Assembly: GCA_963704705.1 (NCBI GenBank)
Contig: OY969931.1
Coordinates: forward strand, 390,001-422,000
Direction: 5' to 3'
Length of the DNA: 32,000 bases
Source: an uncultured bacterium
GTDB taxonomy: Bacteria > Patescibacteriota > Gracilibacteria > UBA1369 > PNNO01
The translations under genes were made by a program, and so were the position numbers. The notes below the pieces were generated by a model. That model was not told where the DNA came from. It ran no database searches and worked only from the letters and a program-made list of their open reading frames with translations. Below are positions 16,679-23,947 of this stretch, in pieces; the stretch's first letter is position 1, and each line of letters begins with the position of its first letter.

Positions 16679-16684
16679 AAAGCC

Positions 16685-18724
16685 ATGTCAGATAAGGCAG
16701 TGTATACCGTAACCGGAACAATCAACTACAGTCGCATGATGTCCGCTTTTATCGAGAGCGGACAGGCCGGCCGGCCCGCGTTTTTTGCCGGCATGAAGCA
16801 AGGTGTAGAGAACAGCGTCGACGCGGGCGCTTCGCGCATCAACATCGTGGTGAACCGCAGGGCGGACGCCTTGCGCATCGAAGATGATGGCTCCGGCTTC
16901 GGGGAGACCGAACTCCAGGGCTTTTTCAGCCTAATGGAGAGCCCCAAGCTTTTCGACCCCAAGAAGATCGGCCGCAACGACACGGGCCGCATCTTTCTCC
17001 TCCTTTTCGCAAAAACTCTACTTGTGTACACTGTCTCCAAAAAGTTTCCGGAGATGGTGCACTTCGAACTTGCCCGCGAATCTCTCGATGAGCTCGCAAA
17101 AAAGGGCAAGCTGGAGGCTAATATCCAGCGGGCTCTTAAACCCAGCTGGTGGGAGATCTGTGGAACGGGCAGCGCAATCTGCCTCACGAATGTGGACTGG
17201 TCTCGTGTCCCGTCCCCGTCCGTGATCCGCAAGGAATTTCCGCTCTATCTCAAGCCGTCAATCGCCCGAATGGTGTTCGTCAACGGCGAGCCGCTCGAGC
17301 CCCGTGCAGTGGTGGGTGAGGTCATCCAGGATGAGATCCTGGTCGACTATTTGCCCGGCATGCAGGAGATCGAGCTGTATATCCCGGAAAGCCGGAAGCA
17401 GCACGACGAGGTGCGCGTAGGCGGGTTTAACCCGATCTGCAGTCTCAAGGACATGGTTAGGCAGGGTGGCGCAACCTTTGGGATGCTAATTCCTGACAGC
17501 CTTCGTTACGGCGAAGTCTGCGGCGACATCTTCCTCCCCATGCTCAACGAGTTTCGGGGGCATGACGGACACTCCATCGATTCCGGATTTTTCAGTTCGG
17601 AGTGGGTGGAGCCTTTCATCCGCTTCCTTAGGGAAGAGGTGGAGCCGCGCATCAAGAAGGTGATGGAGGACCGCGAAGAGGATGCACGGACCAAGGAGAA
17701 CATCGCTCTGCTCAACGATGTTTGCGATGCGATTAACACTGCATATGAAAATGCTGTGCCGCCGCGCAAACTCGATGAGGAAGAGGACGACGATGATACG
17801 GATGATGACAAAGGCTCAAAGCCTGAGGAGTCTCCGATTCGGCTCAACTGCGGAATGCTTGTTACCCTCCCGGGTGAGCAGCATCGCATTCGGATAACGC
17901 GGTCCCTCGGGACCAGCGGTCAGTTCAATTGGCTCCACAGGGAGTCGGGTGGCCGCATCAGCCAGCGGAAAGGCAAGAGCGTTCTCTATACAGCGGGTAC
18001 CGAAACCGGAAAGTTCCGGCTCATCGTGGAGGATTCCACCGACTCCGACAAAAAGGCACGTGTCTCGATCCGCATCGTGGACGAGAAGCCTTTGGTGCTT
18101 TCGCCGGTGCACGTGCAGATCACAGCCGGCGATCGACAACGGTTCCGCGTGCGGAATCTCGGCGATACGTCGGGCCGCATCTGCTGGAAGCTCTCTAATG
18201 CTGCCGGCCTTCGGCTGAGTAGCGAAGAAGGTAGTCAGGTGGAGGTAATCACTTCACCGGATACACCTTCTGGTGAATATCAGATCACGGCTTCTGATTT
18301 TAAGAAGCCGGATTTGGCCTCGACCAGTAGTTTTGAGGTACTTCCTCGGGAAGACCACCTCATGCTCTGCATCGAAGGCAAATGGTACCTACTGGACATC
18401 GCGACCACGAGCATTCCGAACGTGGTCCATCGCGACCGGGCGGCCGCGCTCAACTTGGTGAAGGCCGATGGCAGCGCCATCGACGTGATGCAAATCGACC
18501 TCATGCATCCTGTCCTGCAGGGTGCCAAAGCGCTAAGTCGCTCCAACGAAGTGGTGATGCAGGCACTTCTGCCGCATCTCATCACCGCCCACCTCCAGGG
18601 CCTGGTGGAAGACGGAGAGGAAGAGTCCATGGACGAAAATTCCATGAGACAACGCCTTGCCGAAATCCACCGACAGATCATGTTGGCTCGCACTGGCCTC
18701 AGTTTCGGGGTCGATGACGAGTAG
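16685..18724 (+). CDS. GHKL (Bergerat-fold) ATPase of MutL/MORC type, with an acidic linker, two internal beta-rich repeats and an unknown C-terminal domain
   Basis: Motif I VENSVDAGASRI (aa 41-52; compare MutL ENSLDAGA). Motif II RIEDDGSGF (aa 64-72). Gly-rich KIGRNDTGR (aa 94-102). Acidic run DEEEDDDDTDDD (aa 364-375). Repeats at aa 384-466 and 468-553 share a V.(L/I)..G...R.R..R.LG.(T)SG...W pattern. The line 16801-16860 counts 37/60 G+C. Confidence 0.8.
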   Translation: MSDKAVYTVTGTINYSRMMSAFIESGQAGRPAFFAGMKQGVENSVDAGASRINIVVNRRADALRIEDDGSGFGETELQGFFSLMESPKLFDPKKIGRNDTGRIFLLLFAKTLLVYTVSKKFPEMVHFELARESLDELAKKGKLEANIQRALKPSWWEICGTGSAICLTNVDWSRVPSPSVIRKEFPLYLKPSIARMVFVNGEPLEPRAVVGEVIQDEILVDYLPGMQEIELYIPESRKQHDEVRVGGFNPICSLKDMVRQGGATFGMLIPDSLRYGEVCGDIFLPMLNEFRGHDGHSIDSGFFSSEWVEPFIRFLREEVEPRIKKVMEDREEDARTKENIALLNDVCDAINTAYENAVPPRKLDEEEDDDDTDDDKGSKPEESPIRLNCGMLVTLPGEQHRIRITRSLGTSGQFNWLHRESGGRISQRKGKSVLYTAGTETGKFRLIVEDSTDSDKKARVSIRIVDEKPLVLSPVHVQITAGDRQRFRVRNLGDTSGRICWKLSNAAGLRLSSEEGSQVEVITSPDTPSGEYQITASDFKKPDLASTSSFEVLPREDHLMLCIEGKWYLLDIATTSIPNVVHRDRAAALNLVKADGSAIDVMQIDLMHPVLQGAKALSRSNEVVMQALLPHLITAHLQGLVEDGEEESMDENSMRQRLAEIHRQIMLARTGLSFGVDDE

Positions 18725-18740
18725 AAAATTTGCTAGCCGA

Positions 18741-18775
18741 AAAGCCCGCTACCTAATAAGTAGCGGGCTTTTTCT
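18741..18775. terminator. bidirectional rho-independent terminator shared by the GHKL gene (+) and the 870-aa gene (-)
   Basis: 12-bp stem AAAGCCCGCTAC (18741-52) / GTAGCGGGCTTT (18760-71) with a 7-nt loop. T-run on the plus strand; TTTTCGG follows on the minus strand. Confidence 0.75.
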
Positions 18776-18783
18776 TATATAAT

Positions 18784-21396
18784 TTATTTAGATTTTGAAA
18801 ACTTTTCGGTCCACTTTTTATTTGATCGCATTCTATCTTCTTTTTCTTTTTCTTTTGCAGCATTAATTTTTTCTCTTGCTTCTATACTCAATTTTATATC
18901 TTCAGGCAAAGCTTCCGCTAAATCGTAGGCAAGATAAGTAGGCAAACACCAAAGACTTTGAGCTGAATCAGATCTTGCATGTTTATGTACAAATTTCCAA
19001 ACTATAAATAATTGATCGCTTGATTCACGTAAATTTTTTTTTGGTGGTAGAGATCTGATTTCATTTACTGTCTGAGATATAGGTGATAATTCCTGCGCGA
19101 GTGCATTTAAATCTTCCATTTCACCGCCAAAAATATCAGCAATATGCTTATTTAAATGATCTTTATCGATTCTAAGTCCCCATACTTTATGCCTTAATCC
19201 CCATGCAGTAGTTAAAAGTATCGCATTTAACTGGGTTGGTGTTAATTCCATAATTTCATTTCTGAATTCAATTTTGATTGTTTCACTTTGGTTTGATGAT
19301 TCCAGAACTTTAACTATTTCTTTTTCTGGTTCTTCTTCTGGTTCAAGTTGTGATTTTGTAGTTTTTTCAATAGCAATTTTAATAAGATCAAAAGCTTCTT
19401 TAATTTTATTTTTTGCATCAATTTTCAAATTAGATTTTTTTTCATCAATAATAATTAATATCTGCCTGTAAAAATGTATGCTGGCGTTAAAACCTCTCAT
19501 AAAGGCATCCAGTTCGGGATTTTTTTCGAATAACTCTTTATTTGATTCTCCGATTATTTTTTCGGGATCGGCACCTAGCGCAATATCGTAAATTTTCTTT
19601 TCAAAAAATTTATCACCTATTTGAATTTCGTTTATTATTTTTATAATAAAATTATCAATTTTTTTAATTTCATCAACTAATTGCTGAACTTGGTCAAAAA
19701 GGGAAGTCAGTTTTTCCCATATCTCAAGATATCTTTTAATCTTATCCCAATTTTCATTGAATTTAGCATCACAAAGGTCAATGTCTTCGGGATTAGATTG
19801 TCTTATTTTCATTGAAGCTAAAAGTGCCGATGATTCAATTGCCCTTAAAGCGCTGACTTCAGCGGTTATTTCATCTTTTAATTCTCTCAGCTTTGGTAAA
19901 TATTCATCAAGTTTACTTTTATTTTCATTGATTTCATTTAAATCCGGATTCCTTAATTCGTAGTGTTTTCTAACCAGATCAACAAAACCTGATCTCATAT
20001 TTAACAATTCAGCAAAAAGCGAAAGTTGATTCAGGTTTTCTTCAACGATAGTAATAGTACGTTGAAGTTTTTCTTGTACTTCGTAGCATACCGTATCAAC
20101 GTCGAGTGCTATTGGGTTTTTTTCTTCATTGTTTACCGGTTCTGGTTCAGCTTCAGCTTCGGTTTCAGTATGTGGCTCCCCAAAAAACATTTCTTGATCA
20201 TTTGGTTCAACTTGCTCAGCCTCAGGTTCTTCATCAGCCTGAGAAGCCGTTTGACTAATGATCTCAGCAACTTCTTCATCGGTGACATCGCAAACTTTAG
20301 TTGGATTATTATAGCTGTTTATTAAATTTTCAATTTCAGAAGAAGTTCTGAAATCAAGTCCGCAATGAAATTGATGATTTACTTTATCTGCTATTGTTTC
20401 AAATATATTGCCATTATTATCGTTAGTTTCTGATGTATAAATGTCTAGAATATATGCGATTTCATCATCTGTAATCGGATACATTTCGGTTTTTTGTTCT
20501 TCGGTACATTCATTAAGACATTTTATCCTGTCATTTAAAAGAATTTTTTTTACTTTATCCGGATTTAGCATTAAATCGTTATTTTCAGAGGATTCAATTA
20601 AAGCAGTTAAATTATCGATATCTCTTAAAATTGTTATAACATTAGTTAGAACAGAATTTTTAAATAATTCTGCTGTATCTTGAGTTAAATATCTAAATTC
20701 GAATTTAAAATTTAAAATTGCGTCAATAGTTGCATCTCGGAGTTTTATAAAAGTAAGGTCTCTCTTGTTAATTAATTTAAGGAATTCTTCATAAATTTTT
20801 TCAGAAAGCATTTCGAATAAACAAATAATTTCATTAATATGTTCAATTGAAATTTCTTCTTCAAAATCCACATCATCCAATTCATTCAAACTCGCAATAA
20901 AATCTTCAGCGAAAACCAGTACAATGCCATAAATTTTTTCTAAAATAAATTTAATTTCAAAAGATTCTGTTGCACCTTGTTCTCTGCAATCATTGAATAA
21001 TTGTTCACGATTGGATAGTTCGGGAATTATGTCCTCCTTTTCTTCATCAATAAAGGTATATTGATCCAATTGAGAACAAACAGTGTCGATGGCTTCAATT
21101 AAAGGATATCTTTCGTTTGAATGAGGTGTACTTAAATTTGGTAAAGTAAATATTCTTTTCTTTTTAGTTAAATACCTTAATGCACGTCTTCTGATTTCAT
21201 TTCTTTGCTGCATACTATCAAGGCTTCCATTGCTGCAAACATTTTTTACCTCTTTGAGGATCGCTGTGGTTGCATCATCAATTACTCTTTTAATTGATTT
21301 TTTTGAGCCAGCACTGCTTATTCTATCCACTTGCTCTTTAAGTGAAATTGTTTGCGCTTTAATCAAATTATCTATAATTTGTCGAGAAACACCCAT
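18784..21396 (-). CDS. large orphan hypothetical protein (870 aa), predicted helical and coiled-coil rich with an acidic E/P/A linker
   Basis: Long uninterrupted ORF with host-like AT-rich codon usage and no SD. No signal peptide or TM segment. Acidic segment EEPEAEQVEPNDQEMFFGEPHTETEAEAEPEPVNNEE. No recognisable catalytic motif. Confidence 0.75.
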   Translation of the reverse strand: MGVSRQIIDNLIKAQTISLKEQVDRISSAGSKKSIKRVIDDATTAILKEVKNVCSNGSLDSMQQRNEIRRRALRYLTKKKRIFTLPNLSTPHSNERYPLIEAIDTVCSQLDQYTFIDEEKEDIIPELSNREQLFNDCREQGATESFEIKFILEKIYGIVLVFAEDFIASLNELDDVDFEEEISIEHINEIICLFEMLSEKIYEEFLKLINKRDLTFIKLRDATIDAILNFKFEFRYLTQDTAELFKNSVLTNVITILRDIDNLTALIESSENNDLMLNPDKVKKILLNDRIKCLNECTEEQKTEMYPITDDEIAYILDIYTSETNDNNGNIFETIADKVNHQFHCGLDFRTSSEIENLINSYNNPTKVCDVTDEEVAEIISQTASQADEEPEAEQVEPNDQEMFFGEPHTETEAEAEPEPVNNEEKNPIALDVDTVCYEVQEKLQRTITIVEENLNQLSLFAELLNMRSGFVDLVRKHYELRNPDLNEINENKSKLDEYLPKLRELKDEITAEVSALRAIESSALLASMKIRQSNPEDIDLCDAKFNENWDKIKRYLEIWEKLTSLFDQVQQLVDEIKKIDNFIIKIINEIQIGDKFFEKKIYDIALGADPEKIIGESNKELFEKNPELDAFMRGFNASIHFYRQILIIIDEKKSNLKIDAKNKIKEAFDLIKIAIEKTTKSQLEPEEEPEKEIVKVLESSNQSETIKIEFRNEIMELTPTQLNAILLTTAWGLRHKVWGLRIDKDHLNKHIADIFGGEMEDLNALAQELSPISQTVNEIRSLPPKKNLRESSDQLFIVWKFVHKHARSDSAQSLWCLPTYLAYDLAEALPEDIKLSIEAREKINAAKEKEKEDRMRSNKKWTEKFSKSK

Positions 21397-21464
21397 TTAA
21401 CAATATATTTAAAAAATAAGACAACATTAAACATTGAAATAGATAATTTGTCAATGATTTTATC

Positions 21465-21884
21465 TTAATCATTAATTGATGTTTCCACTTTTTTTCGTGT
21501 TTCTTTTATTTCACTTCTTTTATGTTTTATTTTTAGTATTTTTTCTTTTGCCCTTTTACTTCTTTTTTGTTTTTGTTTTTTTAATTTAAAGATTTTTTTG
21601 GCTTTTTCAGATTCCTTACCTTTAATTAATTCTTCTATTTTATTTATTAAAAGCTTATAAGCTGACATTCTGTTTTTTTCGCGTTCGCGGTGCCTTTGAA
21701 CTTTAACTTCAACTCCGGTAGGAATATGTTTCAGCCACACAGCATTAGAAGTTTTATTGATTTTTTGACCGCCATGTCCCGAACCTCTAACAAACTTTTC
21801 TTCAATATCAAATGCTTTAATTTCAAGCTCTTCGGCTTTTTTTATGCTGTCTGGTTTTAATTCAATTGGGAATTCATTTTTCAT
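21465..21884 (-). CDS. arfB: ArfB/YaeJ-like peptidyl-tRNA hydrolase (RF-1 domain, GGQ motif)
   Basis: 139 aa with GSGHGGQKINKTSNAV and a long basic C-terminal tail (KKQKQKRSKRAKEK...), as in alternative ribosome-rescue factor B. Confidence 0.8.
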   Translation of the reverse strand: MKNEFPIELKPDSIKKAEELEIKAFDIEEKFVRGSGHGGQKINKTSNAVWLKHIPTGVEVKVQRHREREKNRMSAYKLLINKIEELIKGKESEKAKKIFKLKKQKQKRSKRAKEKILKIKHKRSEIKETRKKVETSIND

Positions 21885-21926
21885 ACAAATATAATACTGT
21901 ATAATCGCTATAGTTTAAAAGGAATT

Positions 21927-22565
21927 ATGATTATTTTAGGATTAAATACAGCAACAAACCTCTCGCAAATCGCAATTGTTAAAAATCACGAAGTTTTGGC
22001 GGAAAATTCATGGAAATCCGAGCAAAACGAAGCGGAAACACTTCTTCCAAATATTAAAAAATTGCTAAAAAAAGCACAATTAGATTGGAAAGATATAGAT
22101 AAAATTGCAGTAATCAAAGGCCCTGGCCCATTTACTGCACTTCGAGTATCAATAGCAGTTGCAAATGGCATAGCTTATGCATTAAACATACCGATTTGGG
22201 GGATTCCAATTCAGGATTACTGGCAAAACGCTTATGAAGGCGACTTCGTGCTTCAGTCAGGCTTAAATCGCGTATATTACAAAGGTAAATTAATTGATTT
22301 TGAAGAATTTTTGCACAAAGCAGAGGGCAAGCTTTGCGGCCATCTCAAAGAATCCCAAATTGCGCAGCTTAAAGCCAAAAATGTGGAATTTGTCGACGAG
22401 AAATCACTTAGTGATTTGGGATCACTCGGTGATTTGGGATCACTCGGTGATCGCACATTACTCGGTAATTTATTAAAAATCGCAAACTACAAAGATGAGA
22501 AAATGATCAAACCCGAGTATTTTGCGCCTCCAACTATCACCAAAAGCACTAAATCTTATAAATAA
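21927..22565 (+). CDS. tsaB: tRNA t6A37 biosynthesis protein TsaB (inactive Kae1/TsaD paralogue)
   Basis: N-terminal MIILGLNTATN... and KGPGPFTALRVSIAVANGIA are typical of TsaB/YeaZ. Confidence 0.8.
   Translation: MIILGLNTATNLSQIAIVKNHEVLAENSWKSEQNEAETLLPNIKKLLKKAQLDWKDIDKIAVIKGPGPFTALRVSIAVANGIAYALNIPIWGIPIQDYWQNAYEGDFVLQSGLNRVYYKGKLIDFEEFLHKAEGKLCGHLKESQIAQLKAKNVEFVDEKSLSDLGSLGDLGSLGDRTLLGNLLKIANYKDEKMIKPEYFAPPTITKSTKSYK
22403..22470 (+). repeat. in-frame 18-bp tandem repeat (about 3.5 copies) inside tsaB
   Basis: ATCACTTAGTGATTTGGG / ATCACTCGGTGATTTGGG / ATCACTCGGTGATCGCAC / ATTACTCGGTAAT... encodes SLSDLGSLGDLGSLGDRTLLGN. Each unit contains the palindrome GATCAC-n3-GTGATC. Confidence 0.8.
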
Positions 22566-23239
22566 TGGCACTTTACATTGTTTCAACACCCATAGGAAAT
22601 CTTGACGATATTACTTTACGTGCGATTGATACGCTTAAAAAGGTCGATATCATTGCTTGTGAAGATACGCGTCACAGCCAAATTCTGCTAAACAAATACG
22701 AAATAAAAAAACCGTTATTAAGCTATCATTCACATAGCGGTCAAACCAAACTCGACAAATTAATAGCCGCACTTGAAGAGGGAAGCGAAATAGCTCTGAT
22801 AAGTGATGCAGGAACACCAGGGATTTCTGACCCTGCTTATGGATTAATCAAAGCCGCTCTTGAGCAAAATATTGAGATTATTCCAATGCCCGGAGCATGT
22901 GCTTTTTTAGCTGCGCTTGTTGCTAGCGGTCTTCCAATGAATCAATTTATGTATTTGGGCTTTCTCCCTATTAAAAAAGGCCGTCAAACATTACTTAAAT
23001 CATTGGCAGAAGAAGAAAAAACAGTAGTTTTTTATGAATCCCCACACAGAATTCAAAAAACATTAAGCCAGCTCGAGGAGTTTTTGGGACCGGAACGAAA
23101 AATCGTAATTGGCCGTGAACTAACAAAAATGCATGAAGAATTTGTACGGGGAACCATTAATGAAGTTAAAGAAATATTTGCCAAGCGTGCGCCAAAAGGG
23201 GAGTTTACCGTTGTACTCGGCGGCAAAGGCGTGTTATAA
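22565..23239 (+). CDS. rsmI: 16S rRNA (cytidine1402-2'-O)-methyltransferase
   Basis: LYIVSTPIGNLDDITLRAIDTLKKVDIIACEDTRHSQILL and YESPHR motifs, 224 aa. Confidence 0.9.
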   Translation: MALYIVSTPIGNLDDITLRAIDTLKKVDIIACEDTRHSQILLNKYEIKKPLLSYHSHSGQTKLDKLIAALEEGSEIALISDAGTPGISDPAYGLIKAALEQNIEIIPMPGACAFLAALVASGLPMNQFMYLGFLPIKKGRQTLLKSLAEEEKTVVFYESPHRIQKTLSQLEEFLGPERKIVIGRELTKMHEEFVRGTINEVKEIFAKRAPKGEFTVVLGGKGVL

Positions 23240-23246
23240 ATACATT

Positions 23247-23894
23247 ATGAAACTAAAATTTCAAAAAGGCGTAACCCTTATAGAGTTAATTCTCGTTATT
23301 GCAATTATCTCAATTATAACAGTATTTGCGGTATTTTCAGGAACAACTTTAGGTGAGCAGGTAAGATTCGCTTCTGCTTATCGGAGTGTGGAAGGTATGC
23401 TTTCAGAAGCCAGAAACAGGTCGCTTTCAGGTGAATCTTACCCTGATTATAGTGATTATGATGGAGATGGGCTTTCTGAAGCACAGGGCGATTTGATTTT
23501 GCCTTATGGATATATTGTTAATTTTCATACTGATGCAGATGGTATAATAACTGTTTCTTTATATGCTGATTTATTGAGAATTGAGTCGATCGCCGGTCAG
23601 CTTGAAACTGATGCTGATGATTTAATTAAAACAATCACTTTGCCTGATGATATTGAATTTGATTTAACTGCTCAGGATAAATTTGGTGTAGCAGAAACTA
23701 TATCAGATCCAAATGATTTTTCAGTTCTTTATAAAACTCCTGATGCTGCTTTTGAATTGATAGATTACAATCCAACCACACTTCAAATTGAAATAAAACA
23801 GGTTAACGATAGCGGTGAATTAAAAAGGAGTAAATATTTATTTTTACATTATTTGTATGGGATTCCTGAAGTGTTAAGCGATCCCTTTATTTAA
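23247..23894 (+). CDS. prepilin-type N-terminal cleavage/methylation domain protein (type IV pilin or pseudopilin-like)
   Basis: MKLKFQKG|VTLIELILVIAIISIITVFAV is a class III signal peptide. I took the ATG at 23247 inside the longer ORF. Confidence 0.8.
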   Translation: MKLKFQKGVTLIELILVIAIISIITVFAVFSGTTLGEQVRFASAYRSVEGMLSEARNRSLSGESYPDYSDYDGDGLSEAQGDLILPYGYIVNFHTDADGIITVSLYADLLRIESIAGQLETDADDLIKTITLPDDIEFDLTAQDKFGVAETISDPNDFSVLYKTPDAAFELIDYNPTTLQIEIKQVNDSGELKRSKYLFLHYLYGIPEVLSDPFI

Positions 23895-23932
23895 AAAAAC
23901 CGGCCACATAATTTAAATGCAGCCGGCTTTTT
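23893..23932. terminator. candidate bidirectional terminator between convergent genes
   Basis: A7-CCGGC...GCCGG-C-T5. The stem is short (5 bp) with a 17-nt loop. Confidence 0.35.
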
Positions 23933-23947
23933 AAAAGAATAAATTTT

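Noticed and set aside
15992-18693. Many 60-170-aa ORFs on both strands inside the HTH and GHKL genes (for example 15992-16516, 16726-17232, 17506-17889, 18280-18693)
   Set aside because: These are shadow ORFs expected in 55-62% GC coding DNA. Their composition is Arg/Ser/Pro-rich, and they lie entirely within the two long, motif-bearing frames.
16685-18724. Canonical mismatch-repair MutL
   Set aside because: Only the N-terminal Bergerat motifs resemble MutL. I could not find the C-terminal endonuclease or dimerisation motifs, there is no mutS nearby, and the gene is coupled to an HTH gene on a foreign island.
22403-22470. CRISPR-like array
   Set aside because: The 18-bp units are directly adjacent with no spacers, in frame and inside tsaB. 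I noticed no cas genes or repeat-spacer architecture anywhere in the window.
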